From Armatimonadota bacterium (GTDB lineage: Bacteria > Armatimonadota > Zipacnadia > Zipacnadales > UBA5352), in the NCBI GenBank assembly GCA_034722055.1, contig JAYENL010000004.1:1-51593 (forward strand): a stretch of 51,593 nucleotides of DNA, given 5' to 3'. How positions within the stretch are numbered: the first letter of the stretch is position 1; the number at the start of each line of letters is the position of its first letter. Both the position numbers and the translations under genes were made by a program. Positions 1 to 9,549 of this stretch are shown piece by piece. Under the pieces are notes generated by a model, which had not been told where the DNA came from, made no database searches, and worked only from the letters and a program-made list of their open reading frames with translations.

Positions 1-132
1 CCGCACAGATCGCCAGGCCGCGACAGATCTCCCATGCCCAAGGGCAGGAGACCGGCCGTCATCCGCGAGCCGTGTGGAGGGGCCGCACGAGGCGCGACTG
101 CAAAGCAGTCGCCCCAGGTCGGCCCACCACGT

Positions 133-1377
133 CTACGCGCCCGCAACCACCTCCGCCTCCTGCTCGGCCGACCAGCCATCCACCTCCTGCAGCTCCCGGC
201 GCAGGTGCGGGTAGATGATGCCCTTGCCGTCGAGGCGCTGCGCCCGGACGGCCTCGATGAGGTCCCGGGCGGCGTCCAGGCCGCCCACTGCCGCCACGTT
301 CGGACCCGGCTGGATCTGCCCTGACGCCAGCATCTCCAGCACCTCGGCGATGTCCGACGGATCGCTGCCCGACGAGCCCACCACGGAGATGGACTCGTAG
401 TGGATGCGCCGGGCGTCAACCTCAATCATCCTGTCATCGGCCTTCACGCCCCCGAACAGGTTCGTCACCCCGCCCGGCGCCAGGTAGTCGAAGGACCTCT
501 CCTGCACCTGCCTGATTCCCAGGGCCACGATGCAGTCGTCCACGCCCGCGCCGCCGGTGACGTCGTCGATGACGTACTCCAGCTCCGGGGGCGTGGTCAG
601 CACCAGATTGATGCCCGACTCGCGCGCCCGCCTGGCGAAGAACCGGCGCGCCGTCTCCCGCCGGGCGTCGTTGGGCTCGGAGACGATGATGTTCGCCGGC
701 TCGTAGCTCATGGCGATCTCGACGTGCCACAGGCCCATCGGCCCCGCGCCCAGCACCAGCGTCGTCCCCCCCGGCAGCAGCCCCAGGTGCGCCCGCCGGG
801 GCGTGTCCGGGGAGGCCTTCACCACGTGCGTGGTGTGCTGCTGGGCCGCTACCACGCAGGAGATGGGCTCTGAGAGGGCGCAGCCGAAGTCCGGGACCGC
901 CTCATCCGGCACCGGCACCAGGCAGGAGCAGCCCACCACCTCGGGATCCACGATGACGTACTCGGCGAACAGCCCCGGCAGCGTGTAGCCGACGGCGATC
1001 TTGCGGATCCCACGGCCCTCGTTCTCATAGCGGTCGCGATGCCGCGACGGCGCCGAGGGAACCGCCGGCTGCACCGCGTAGCGCTGGCCGACGGTGATCT
1101 TGTCCTCCCAGTTGCGCCCCACCTCGACGGCCCTCACGCACCCCTCATGGCCCAGGATCACCGGGTACTTCGCCGGGTCCCACCCGTGCATCAGGGAGTG
1201 CTCGGAGCCCTGATCGATGATCTTGTTGTCCGAGGCGCAGGCCGCCGCGCACTCCACCCGGCACAGCACCTGATCCGGATCCGGCCGCGGCACCTCCACC
1301 TCCTGGAGCTGCACGCTCTCCATGCCCACGCCGGTGAGGCGCAGCGCCATCATCGTCTCCGGAATCTCGAATTCCAT
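133..1377 (-). CDS. Zinc-binding (MDR family) alcohol/polyol dehydrogenase, L-sorbose-1-phosphate reductase-like
   Basis: CASD and GHEG catalytic-Zn motifs, EPISC, GAGPMG Rossmann motif; lacks the 4-Cys structural-Zn loop; GGAGG RBS; 16-bp gap after purL. Confidence 0.85.
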   Translation of the reverse strand: MEFEIPETMMALRLTGVGMESVQLQEVEVPRPDPDQVLCRVECAAACASDNKIIDQGSEHSLMHGWDPAKYPVILGHEGCVRAVEVGRNWEDKITVGQRYAVQPAVPSAPSRHRDRYENEGRGIRKIAVGYTLPGLFAEYVIVDPEVVGCSCLVPVPDEAVPDFGCALSEPISCVVAAQQHTTHVVKASPDTPRRAHLGLLPGGTTLVLGAGPMGLWHVEIAMSYEPANIIVSEPNDARRETARRFFARRARESGINLVLTTPPELEYVIDDVTGGAGVDDCIVALGIRQVQERSFDYLAPGGVTNLFGGVKADDRMIEVDARRIHYESISVVGSSGSDPSDIAEVLEMLASGQIQPGPNVAAVGGLDAARDLIEAVRAQRLDGKGIIYPHLRRELQEVDGWSAEQEAEVVAGA

Positions 1378-1393
1378 CCCGACACCTCCTGCG

Positions 1394-3763
1394 TCACTGC
1401 AGCAGCCGCGCCAGGCCGCTCGTCCACTCCTCGGCCATTCTCTCCGCCGAGAGCCTCATCAGGTCCTCGCCACCGCAGCCGATCTTCAGCTCAGCGCCGT
1501 CGTTGGCCTCGCCCAGCCAGATCGGCTCCACGCCGCGGTCGGCGCACAGCGCCTCAAAACGCTCCTCTTCGCCCGCGCGCACCTCCACCACGAAGCCGCT
1601 GGACTCGGTGAACAGCGCTCTGTCCGGCCGCAGGCCATTCAGCGCCGGCGCGATGTCCGCATCCGCCCCCATGTTCCCGCGCCCGGAGGGGCCCATGATC
1701 ATCTCGGCCAGCGCCACCGCGAGGCCCCCGTCGGAGATGTCCTGGCAGGCCGCCACCAGGCCGTCATCGATGGCGTCGGTGACGGCGTAGATGCGGGCGC
1801 GCTCGCCCGCCCAGTCCACCCGCGGGACGGTGGCGCCCAGGCCCAGCCCCAGCGCGTCGTAGTAGGCCGAGCCGCCCAGCTCGTCCTCCCGCGCTCCCAG
1901 CAGGTAGATGGCGTCTCCCGGCCGCTTGAGCTGGGCGGTGGCGGCCTTCGAGTAGTCGTCCATCACTCCCAGGCAGGCGATGATCGGGGAGGGCGCCACG
2001 GAGCTTCCCGTGGCCGACTCGTTGTAGAAGCTCACGTTCCCGGAGATAACCGGCACCGGCGTGCCCTCGTGGCCCTTGAGCCACAGATTCGCGGCCGCGT
2101 CGGCCACGCCCCGCACGCCCTGGCGGAACTGCCAGAACTGCTCCGGCTTTTCGGGGTTGCCGAAGTTGAGGCAGTCCGTCAGCGCCTGAGGAACCGCCCC
2201 GACCGCCGCCACGTTGCGCATGGCCTCCGCCACGGCATTGGCGCCCCCCCAGTAGGGGTCGATCCGCCCGTATCTGGGATTGCCGTCCACCGACAGCGCC
2301 ACGGCGGCGTCGCAGCCCTCCAGCGGCCGGCAGACCCCGGCCCCGGCCTCGCCGGGGCGCAACACCGCGTTGCCCTGCACCTCCACGTCGTAGGCGCGAT
2401 AGACATACTCGCGCGAGCACACGTTCCTGCTCCCGAGCACGGTCAGCAGCGCCTCGCCCAGATCCGCCGGCTGGTCGAACTGCGGCTCCTCCTCCGTCCA
2501 CTCCTGCGGCTGTTCCTCGCGGTCGTAGGAGATGCCGCTGGTGATGACCTCCACCGGCGCCTGGGTGACGATGGCGTCGCCGAAGCGGACCGTGTACATC
2601 CCGTCCTCCGTCACGCGGCCGATGACCCTCGCGCAGGCGCCCTCGTAGACGTTTGGCAGGTCCCAGTCGGCGTTGTAGATCTCCAGCACCTCGTCAACGA
2701 AGTCCGCCGGGACGGCCAGCACGTAGCGCTCCTGGGTCTCAGCACACATGATCGTCTCCGGCAGCAGCCCCTCCAGACCCACGTGCACCTGCTCCAGATC
2801 GATGTCCACGCCGAAGCCGTCGCCGGCGGCAGTGATCTCTGAGCTGCCGCAGGCCAGGCCGCCGCCGCCGATGTCCTTCATGCCGATGGTGATCCCTCGC
2901 TCCCTCGCCCGCTCCCTCACCGCCTCGTTGGCCTTCCGCATGGCCAGCACGTTCTTGAGGAAGGGGTCGGGCACCTGGACGGCCCCGCGGTCCTCCGCCT
3001 GCTCCTCCTCGTCGAGGATCTTGGAGGCGAAGGCTGAGCCGCCGAAGCCCGAGTCGTCAGTGGGCTTGCCCACCAGCAGCAGGACGTACTGCTCGTCATG
3101 GGCCTGTGGGGGCACGGCCGAGTGGATGATCTCGTCCTCGGCGACCAGCCCCACGGCCACCACATTCACCAGGCAGTTGTCGTCGAAGGTCTCGTCGAAG
3201 TAGATGTCGCCGGCCAGGTTCGGCACGCCCAGGGCGTTCCCGTACTGCCAGATGCCGTCCACCACGCCCCGGACGATCCAGCGGGTGCGGTCGGCGTGCT
3301 CGCCATCCGGCTCCCCGAAGCGCAGCGGATCGGCGGTCCCGAACACCCGCGCGCCCATGCAGTCCACGTCCCGCACGATGCCGCCGATGCCCGTGGCTGC
3401 GCCCTCGTTGGGGAGGATCTGCGAGGGGTGGTTGTGGCTCTCATGGGCGATGACGATCCCCCAGTCGCGCCCCTCGTGCTCGGTGAAGAACACGATTCCG
3501 GCGTCCTCCTGCGGGCCCAGCATGACGTTGGGGGCCTCGGTGGGCAGCAGCCTCAGCGAGGCCCTGGAGGACTTGTAGGAGCAGTGCTCGCTCCACTCCA
3601 CGTTGAAGATGTGCAGCTCCACCAGCGTGGGATCGCGCCCGATCAGCTCCGCGATGCGCCGCACCTCACTCACGGTCAGCCCCACGCCATGCTCGTCCAG
3701 CACCCCCCGGAGCTGCTCGTCATCCATGTCTCGCACCGCGATCTGCCTCTCGTCAAGTTCCAT
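1394..3763 (-). CDS. purL: Phosphoribosylformylglycinamidine synthase subunit PurL (small type)
   Basis: WSEHCSYKSS, ESHNHPS, GAATGIGGIVRD, DCLNFGNPEKP, SGNVSFYNE, DISDGGL motifs; start moved to ATG 3763 behind GAGGAG. Confidence 0.97.
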   Translation of the reverse strand: MELDERQIAVRDMDDEQLRGVLDEHGVGLTVSEVRRIAELIGRDPTLVELHIFNVEWSEHCSYKSSRASLRLLPTEAPNVMLGPQEDAGIVFFTEHEGRDWGIVIAHESHNHPSQILPNEGAATGIGGIVRDVDCMGARVFGTADPLRFGEPDGEHADRTRWIVRGVVDGIWQYGNALGVPNLAGDIYFDETFDDNCLVNVVAVGLVAEDEIIHSAVPPQAHDEQYVLLLVGKPTDDSGFGGSAFASKILDEEEQAEDRGAVQVPDPFLKNVLAMRKANEAVRERARERGITIGMKDIGGGGLACGSSEITAAGDGFGVDIDLEQVHVGLEGLLPETIMCAETQERYVLAVPADFVDEVLEIYNADWDLPNVYEGACARVIGRVTEDGMYTVRFGDAIVTQAPVEVITSGISYDREEQPQEWTEEEPQFDQPADLGEALLTVLGSRNVCSREYVYRAYDVEVQGNAVLRPGEAGAGVCRPLEGCDAAVALSVDGNPRYGRIDPYWGGANAVAEAMRNVAAVGAVPQALTDCLNFGNPEKPEQFWQFRQGVRGVADAAANLWLKGHEGTPVPVISGNVSFYNESATGSSVAPSPIIACLGVMDDYSKAATAQLKRPGDAIYLLGAREDELGGSAYYDALGLGLGATVPRVDWAGERARIYAVTDAIDDGLVAACQDISDGGLAVALAEMIMGPSGRGNMGADADIAPALNGLRPDRALFTESSGFVVEVRAGEEERFEALCADRGVEPIWLGEANDGAELKIGCGGEDLMRLSAERMAEEWTSGLARLLQ

Positions 3764-3826
3764 TCGTGCTCTCCTCGGCCCTGTCATTCGCCCGGCGCAC
3801 CGTCATCCCCGGAACCGCCGGCCCGA

Positions 3827-4345
3827 TCACTCCTCCAGGTCCCTCGGGCGCGTGTGACTGATGATCTGGCCGCCCCCGTCCCACACCCAGGTGCCGGCCA
3901 GGCGCGGGAAGCCCCCGCCGGCGCCCGCGTACCACCGGAACACCCGCACCTGGACCTGCTCATGCCTCGGCAGCGCTTTCAGGCACACCTCGGCGACCAC
4001 GCGCGAGACCTCCTCCGCCTCCTCCGGCCTGCAGTCGGCGTCGATGTCCGCGGTCAGCTCAGGCGGCCCGTCATCCGCAGGGCGCAGGTCGAGCCACAGC
4101 CCCCGGAACTCGATGCCCTGCTCGTCGAGTCTGTTCCGGACCTGCCCGCTGACGGCCCCCTCGGCGCTGTCATATTCCTCCAGAGAGTACAGGAATGTGA
4201 CGGCTTCCGCGTCGCCCTCCGGCCGCGAGCAGCCCTGCAGTCCCCCGAGGGCCCATGGGAGCAGCAGGAGTCCGCGCGCCCGGCATACACGGCCCAGGCG
4301 ATCCCGGACGGTGCGCAGCCCTGTGCATGTCTTCACACCGCCCAC
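3827..4345 (-). CDS. Hypothetical putative lipoprotein
   Basis: Basic N-region, hydrophobic stretch and LQGC lipobox-like motif; true start uncertain (possibly a downstream GTG). Confidence 0.55.
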   Translation of the reverse strand: MGGVKTCTGLRTVRDRLGRVCRARGLLLLPWALGGLQGCSRPEGDAEAVTFLYSLEEYDSAEGAVSGQVRNRLDEQGIEFRGLWLDLRPADDGPPELTADIDADCRPEEAEEVSRVVAEVCLKALPRHEQVQVRVFRWYAGAGGGFPRLAGTWVWDGGGQIISHTRPRDLEE

Positions 4346-4466
4346 CTCCCCTCGCCTCCCTCCGGCTCAGCCCTTCGGGCGCATCCTCACCGTCCCCACC
4401 GGCACACCGGGGCACGCGGTGGCTACCGAGTCCGCTCCGGACGCCCGTCTCGGCCCGTCCGCGGAC

Positions 4467-4790
4467 TCATACGATGCGCTTGCCAGTCTTAATGACGTGC
4501 TCGGCGAAGCTGCCCTCGGGCGGGTCATGCAGCGCCCACTCCGGAAAGAAGTGCGGCTCGAGCTCCAGGCCCTGGCTGAGTCGCAGGTCGGTCGCGAGGC
4601 GCACCCGTGCCATCAGTCTCATGTCCTCGATTTCGGGCGAGAACACCGCGATGTCGATGTCGCTCCACTCATCGGCATCTCCGGTCAAGTGCGAGCCGAA
4701 CAGGAAGACGGCCGAGACGCGTATGTGCTCGCCCAGGAAGGCGATCGCTTTGTCGATGAGTTCATTCACCCGAGCAGGCTCAACAGCCAT
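4467..4790 (-). CDS. Minimal nucleotidyltransferase (MNT), copy 2
   Basis: 107 aa, FGS-x10-DID motif (FGSHLTGDADEWSDID); start overlaps the end of the HEPN gene. Confidence 0.9.
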   Translation of the reverse strand: MAVEPARVNELIDKAIAFLGEHIRVSAVFLFGSHLTGDADEWSDIDIAVFSPEIEDMRLMARVRLATDLRLSQGLELEPHFFPEWALHDPPEGSFAEHVIKTGKRIV

Positions 4791-5140
4791 TCACGCACCT
4801 CCCCGGTGGCCTCCAGCAGGCCACGGGCCTCTTCCTCCGAGAGGGACGTGACCTCCGTGGTGGGATACCGCACCTCGACGTAAAGCTCCGTCAGATCGGC
4901 GAAAAGCTGCGCGCGCTCCTCATCCAGGTCAAGTTCGGCCAGCTCCGCCAGTCGAGACAGATCGTGTATCCGCGGTGGCAGCCGTCCAGTCTGCTCCACA
5001 AGCAGCGCCTTGATGGTCTTCTCTATGGCTTGCTGGCACTCGTGAGCGACGTGCTCGTAATGGCCCGTCGCCAGGAGGTCCTCGGCGGCGGAGAGGTCTC
5101 TTTCGGCGATCTGCAGCCACATTTGCGTCTGATGTCTCAT
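4766..5140 (-). CDS. HEPN domain protein (PF05168-like)
   Basis: W..A..DL..A, QQAIEKTIKA, PPRIHDL..L, RYP motifs; lies between two MNT genes. Confidence 0.9.
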   Translation of the reverse strand: MRHQTQMWLQIAERDLSAAEDLLATGHYEHVAHECQQAIEKTIKALLVEQTGRLPPRIHDLSRLAELAELDLDEERAQLFADLTELYVEVRYPTTEVTSLSEEEARGLLEATGEVREWLLSLLG

Positions 5141-5175
5141 ACGCTCGCCTGGCTCCCAACGCTGCACAGGTGCGC

Positions 5176-5499
5176 TTACACGATGCGCTTGCCGGTTGTG
5201 ATGACGTGCTCGGCGAAGCTGCCCTCCGGCGGGTCATGCAGCGCCCACTCCGGGAAGAAGTGCGGCTCGATATCATCCCCGCAGGCTTCTTGCAGTCCCG
5301 CCCCCAGCTTCATGCGACCGAGCAGGCCCAGGTCGTCCGCATCCGGTGAGAACACCGCCAGGTCGATATCGCTGTACTCGTGCGTCCTCCCTGTCACCTG
5401 CGACCCGAACAGATAGATGGCCGCCACCCGGACCTGCTCTCGAAGGAACTCGTCTACGCGCTGCGCGAGACGCGTCAACTGAGCCTCTCTGACACCCAC
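5176..5499 (-). CDS. Minimal nucleotidyltransferase (MNT), copy 1
   Basis: 107 aa, FGSQVTGRTHEYSDID motif; GTG start with AGGAGG RBS; C-terminal 30 aa almost identical to copy 2. Confidence 0.9.
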   Translation of the reverse strand: MGVREAQLTRLAQRVDEFLREQVRVAAIYLFGSQVTGRTHEYSDIDLAVFSPDADDLGLLGRMKLGAGLQEACGDDIEPHFFPEWALHDPPEGSFAEHVITTGKRIV

Positions 5500-5540
5500 T
5501 CGACCACCTCCTGAGTTCGCGCACGGACCGTCGGCCGACG

Positions 5541-5770
5541 TCGTCTGCTGTTATCTGCCGTGCTCTGCCGTTCCCTGCCGTGCTCTGCCGTTGTCTGTCG
5601 TTATCTGCCGTGCTCTGATGTTCTCTGCCGTTCCCTGCCGTGCTCTGCCGTTGTCTGTCGTTATCTGCGGTGATCTGATGTTCTCTGCCGTGCTCTGATG
5701 TTCTCTGCCGTGCTCTGATGTTCTCTGCCGTGCTCTGATGTTCTCTGCCGTTCCCTGCCGTGCTCTGTCG
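5541..5770. repeat. Tandem array of 23 imperfect 10-bp units (consensus TKCTCTGCCG) with 20- and 60-bp higher-order periodicity
   Basis: Units read directly (ttatctgccg, tgctctgccg, ttccctgccg, ttgtctgtcg, tgctctgatg, ttctctgccg); no indels; positions T1, C5, T6, G7, G10 invariant. Confidence 0.97.
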
Positions 5771-6409
5771 TCAACCGGGCTCCCACATGTTCAGGCCCTT
5801 GCCGATGGTCTGCTCTGGCTGCAGGGCCTTGCAGTGGCCATCCAGGAAGCCGAAGACTGCTCGCTGGTCGTGTCGGGCCTCCACGCGCGAGAGCCGGTGC
5901 TGGAGGTAGGAGGCGCCGGCCTGCCGAAGCTCCGGGTCGATCTCAAAGGTCAGGATCGTCCCGCTGTGGTCGCTGACGGTCGTCAGTTTGCTGGTCAGCG
6001 CCCCAGGGCTCCACCCGAAGGCCGTGTTGTAGGTGAGCCGATAGTTCATGCCGTAGCTGTGCGGCAGGCACACGTGTCGAGCCGTAGCCGTCGGCTCCCC
6101 GTCGTTGGGGCAGACCAGTATCTCCTCGCTCTTCATGTAGGGCTGCAGCAGCACGCACCAGGTGTAGCCCACGTTGGGCGCGGGCGCTCCGCGGATCCGG
6201 GCCGGTGCCAGCCGCTGGTCGTGGTCGTGGGCGTACATGCGCGCGGCCTGCACGATCTGGCGGCAGTTGGACACACAGGTTGCCCGTCTGGCCATCTCTC
6301 TGGCCCTCGGGAAGACCGCCAGGATGATGGCGGCCAGCACCGCCAGCATGGCGATGACGACGAGCAGCTCGATGAGTGTAAAGGCCGACCGCGCCCCCCG
6401 TCTGCCCAT
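5771..6409 (-). CDS. Prepilin-type N-terminal cleavage/methylation protein with H-X9-DG motif (DUF1559-like)
   Basis: AFTLIELLVVIA...RARE.AR..C.SN and C-terminal RHDQRAVFGFLDGH. Confidence 0.92.
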   Translation of the reverse strand: MGRRGARSAFTLIELLVVIAMLAVLAAIILAVFPRAREMARRATCVSNCRQIVQAARMYAHDHDQRLAPARIRGAPAPNVGYTWCVLLQPYMKSEEILVCPNDGEPTATARHVCLPHSYGMNYRLTYNTAFGWSPGALTSKLTTVSDHSGTILTFEIDPELRQAGASYLQHRLSRVEARHDQRAVFGFLDGHCKALQPEQTIGKGLNMWEPG

Positions 6410-6553
6410 TGGCTCTCAGCTCCAGTCCCGGCTTGGCACACATCGGTGAATTTCGCGCCGGGCCGGCGAAGTCCTTTGCGGCGGAGGCGCCGTGGGCGGC
6501 TTTCTCGAAATCCCCCTGCCAGGCATTGACCTCTCGCGCGGACGGGGCGAGCC

Positions 6554-6838
6554 ATGAGCATTCGCGACTTCCAGCGCATCATCGACGAGACGTATGGCGA
6601 GCGGGACGCCGAGCGCGGCCTGGAGCGAACCTTCATGTGGCTGGTGGAGGAGGTGGGGGAGCTGGCCCGGGCGCTTCAGAGCGAGGACCGGGAGCGGATG
6701 GTGGCGGAGTTCGCGGATGTGCTGGCGTGGCTGACCACCACGGCCTCGCTGGCTGGCGTGGACATGGAGGAGGCCGCCGCGCGCTTCGCTGAGGGGTGCC
6801 CCAAGTGTGGCGCGATGCCCTGTGAGTGCGTCCGGTAG
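6554..6838 (+). CDS. MazG-like nucleotide pyrophosphohydrolase with C-terminal Cys cluster
   Basis: EEVGEL...EFAD motif; CPKCGAMPCEC tail. Confidence 0.88.
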   Translation: MSIRDFQRIIDETYGERDAERGLERTFMWLVEEVGELARALQSEDRERMVAEFADVLAWLTTTASLAGVDMEEAAARFAEGCPKCGAMPCECVR

Positions 6839-6951
6839 CCTGCGCCGGCAGGACCTGCGCCGTCGCTGCCGGTGCAGCGGCGTTGCGCGTACCGATCGCC
6901 GCTGGCGCCGCAGTCGCAGTTGGTGGTCTGGTGGCTTTCGCTCGCTCCCGT

Positions 6952-6980
6952 TTGACCGGGGGGGAGGGCTGTGTTAGACT
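6952..6980 (+). promoter_or_regulatory. Sigma70-type promoter for the 7058-9472 unit
   Basis: TTGACC-17 bp-TAGACT with an extended TGn. Confidence 0.6.
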
Positions 6981-7057
6981 GCTCGCGAATCCCCTTCAGG
7001 GTCGGACTCGGGCAACCTCGCCGGTCGTCAGTGCCGAGCGCAGAGGGTGGTTGATCG

Positions 7058-7945
7058 ATGGGCAGGTGGCAGTGGGCGGTCATTGTGATGATGCTCGTTG
7101 CCGCGCCCGCCGCGATGGCCCAGGACCGGGGGTTGGGCGACCCCCGGACGGGCACCTCCGGTCAGGCGCACAGCGACGCCGCGGCGCTGCTACAGGAGGT
7201 CGATATCCTGCTGACCGTCCGAGACCTGTCACTCACGAACGATCAGGTCCGGGCGGCCCTGGCGCTGGCGCAGGGCGTGGCGGAGGACCGGGCGGAAGTG
7301 CAGGCGCTCCGCGCCAGCGTCTGGGAGGAACATCAGGACGACATCCAGAGGGTCAATGAGGCCTGGCTGAAGGGCAACGAGGCCCCCCGGCGGGCCAAGC
7401 GCGTCGCGGACGAGGCCATCTCCGATCTCCAGCAGGCGGAGCAGGATCTGGCTGAGGCTCGGCGCGATGCCGCCGAGGAGTTCGTTGCCGGACTCACCGA
7501 GGATCAGCGGTCGATGGTCGAGGACCCCGAGCTGGCTGCAGAGCGCGCCGCCCGGCAGGCACGGATGGGCGGCATCGCGAGCGTCGGTGAGTTCATCGCG
7601 GCCGAGCTGGACGCCATCCGCGACCTGATGCCCGACGAGTACGACATGCTGGCCGAGGCGGAGGCCCGGCGGATCGCGCAGGCCATCGTCGGCCCCGACG
7701 CCCCCAACCTCGACGCCATGACCGATGCCGTCCTCAACATCATGGATCAGGTCTTCTCCTGGACGCCGGAGCGGTATCAGCGTCAGCGCCAGGACCTCCC
7801 CCGGCAGATCGAGAACGCCCTGGACATTCACTCCAGCAGCGACCGCCAGGTGAGCTGGGATGCGATCCTGGCGCTGGTGGGCGGCGAAGGCTCGGTGACG
7901 GTGCTCACTGCACTGGCGGAGGGCCGAGGGGGTGAGGAGCAGTGA
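7058..7945 (+). CDS. Secreted all-helical hypothetical protein with LTxxQ-like motifs
   Basis: Sec signal peptide (AMA|Q); LTNDQ and LTEDQ motifs; stop overlaps the next start (GTGA). Confidence 0.75.
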   Translation: MGRWQWAVIVMMLVAAPAAMAQDRGLGDPRTGTSGQAHSDAAALLQEVDILLTVRDLSLTNDQVRAALALAQGVAEDRAEVQALRASVWEEHQDDIQRVNEAWLKGNEAPRRAKRVADEAISDLQQAEQDLAEARRDAAEEFVAGLTEDQRSMVEDPELAAERAARQARMGGIASVGEFIAAELDAIRDLMPDEYDMLAEAEARRIAQAIVGPDAPNLDAMTDAVLNIMDQVFSWTPERYQRQRQDLPRQIENALDIHSSSDRQVSWDAILALVGGEGSVTVLTALAEGRGGEEQ

Positions 7946-8790
7946 GAGCGCGCATGATGGTCCTGGCAATCGCTGCCCTCATGGTCGTGCCGGCGACCGC
8001 TGATGAGCTGGCCGACGCCATGGCCCGTGCCGACGCCCTCAACTTCTTCAACAGCATCGGCCTGGAGGAGAGCCAGGCCCAGCGGATGATTGCTCCCGTG
8101 CAACGTATCCGCGACCTCGTGCAGCAGCACGAGCAGACCAGCCACCAGCGCCTGCAGGCCATGACGGGGACGCTGCAGCAGGCTCGGGCCCTGCTGCTTG
8201 CCGGCCAGGAGCTGCCTGAGGGCATGCGCCTCGCTATCGCCAACTACCGCGAGCACCGGGAGCAGGCCCGGCTGACGCTGATGCGCGCCGTTGATCAGGA
8301 GATGAGCCTCATCGAGGACATCCTCTACCCCGATCAGAACGCCATGCTGGACTGGACTCCACCGGACTCGGTGCGCCCCAAGGAATCCGTCCAGCAGATA
8401 CTCGAGCAGCAGCAGATCGCCATGGGCCGCATCCAGCGTGCAGCCCAGATGCTTGACAGAGTCAAGCACCTGGACCCCTTCAACTTCGTGACCGCCCGCA
8501 CGCCGATCGTCAATGACTTCCTCGCCATGTACTTCGAGCCCGGGACCCGGCGATGGGAGCGGGCCCGCCGCGCCGCCATCGACGCCACCGACCAGGCGCG
8601 AATGCTCACCGAGGACCAGTGGCAGGCCAACGCCCTCGACGTCGCCCGCGACCTCATCGACCGGCTGGGGCTGATGCCCACCTTCGAGCCCGAGCGGCGT
8701 CCGGGCGCCATCTCCTGGGATGCGCTCTACCGGCTCTTCACCAGCCCCGCGACGCTCGAGGTGCTCAAGGAGCTGCCCGACGCCCGGTAG
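7942..8790 (+). CDS. Secreted all-helical hypothetical protein, probable paralog of the upstream gene
   Basis: Signal peptide (ATA|D); LEESQ, LYPDQ, LTEDQ; shares a C-terminal SWDA(I/L) motif. Confidence 0.75.
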   Translation: MRARMMVLAIAALMVVPATADELADAMARADALNFFNSIGLEESQAQRMIAPVQRIRDLVQQHEQTSHQRLQAMTGTLQQARALLLAGQELPEGMRLAIANYREHREQARLTLMRAVDQEMSLIEDILYPDQNAMLDWTPPDSVRPKESVQQILEQQQIAMGRIQRAAQMLDRVKHLDPFNFVTARTPIVNDFLAMYFEPGTRRWERARRAAIDATDQARMLTEDQWQANALDVARDLIDRLGLMPTFEPERRPGAISWDALYRLFTSPATLEVLKELPDAR

Positions 8791-8884
8791 CCTGGAGGCC
8801 CCTCCGGGCTCGGCACATATCGCCCGCCGCGCCGACCCCGCCCTGCCACCGCAGAGGCATGGGAGGGCGCCGGCGCAGGAGCTG

Positions 8885-9472
8885 ATGACGATGGAGACAG
8901 TCGGCCCCGCCTCCGACCTCCCCACTCTGCGCAGTCGCCTCCGGGACCTGCTCGTCGAGCGAGCCATCAAGTACGGCCACTTCGTGCTCGCCTCCGGGCA
9001 GACCAGCAGCTACTACGTGGACAAGACCCAGATCACCCTCATGGGGGAGGGACTCTACTGCCTGGCGCGGGTGATCCTCGACCAGATCGAGGGCATGCAG
9101 GTGCAGGCGGTCGGCGGCATGACCGTTGGCGCTGATCCCATCGCGGGCGCCGTCTCGGCCCTGGGCGTCTGCCACGGCCAGCATCTGGACGCCTTCATCG
9201 TCCGCAAGGAGCGCAAGGAGCGGGGCACTCGCGAGCGCGTGGAGGGGCCGCTGCAGGAGGGGGCGCGGGTGGTGGTGCTTGAGGATGTCGTGACCACCGG
9301 GGGCTCGGCGCTGGAGGCCGTGCGGGCCGTGGAGGAGGAGCGGGACGCGGAGGTCGTGCAGGTGGTGGCGATGGTGGATCGCCTCCAGGGCGGCAGGGAG
9401 AACATCGTGGGGGCCGGCTACGACTTCACCGCCCTGTTCACCGTCCAGGACCTGGGAGTCACGGTCGAGTAG
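8885..9472 (+). CDS. pyrE: Orotate phosphoribosyltransferase
   Basis: FVLASG..S.YYVD, VRKERK.RG, PRPP loop VLEDVVTTGGS; AGGAG RBS. Confidence 0.95.
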   Translation: MTMETVGPASDLPTLRSRLRDLLVERAIKYGHFVLASGQTSSYYVDKTQITLMGEGLYCLARVILDQIEGMQVQAVGGMTVGADPIAGAVSALGVCHGQHLDAFIVRKERKERGTRERVEGPLQEGARVVVLEDVVTTGGSALEAVRAVEEERDAEVVQVVAMVDRLQGGRENIVGAGYDFTALFTVQDLGVTVE

Positions 9473-9549
9473 TCCGCGGATGTGGATCGGCAGCATCGGC
9501 GGAACGCCCAGCCGCCCACGGAAGCCCGCCCTTCCTGGATGGCTGGCCG

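Noticed and set aside
1322..2842. Long antisense/alternate-frame ORFs (e.g. 1322-2842, 9835-11829, 24994-26712, 48624-50102)
   Set aside because: Shadow ORFs of well-supported genes, expected from high-GC codon bias; no motifs
5541..5770. CRISPR array or coding repeat
   Set aside because: Contiguous 10-bp units without unique spacers and no cas genes; a period of 10 with no start/RBS argues against coding, although one minus-strand frame is open
6958..6964. Phase-variable G tract in a promoter spacer
   Set aside because: Only 7 G in a very GC-rich genome; no evidence of variation
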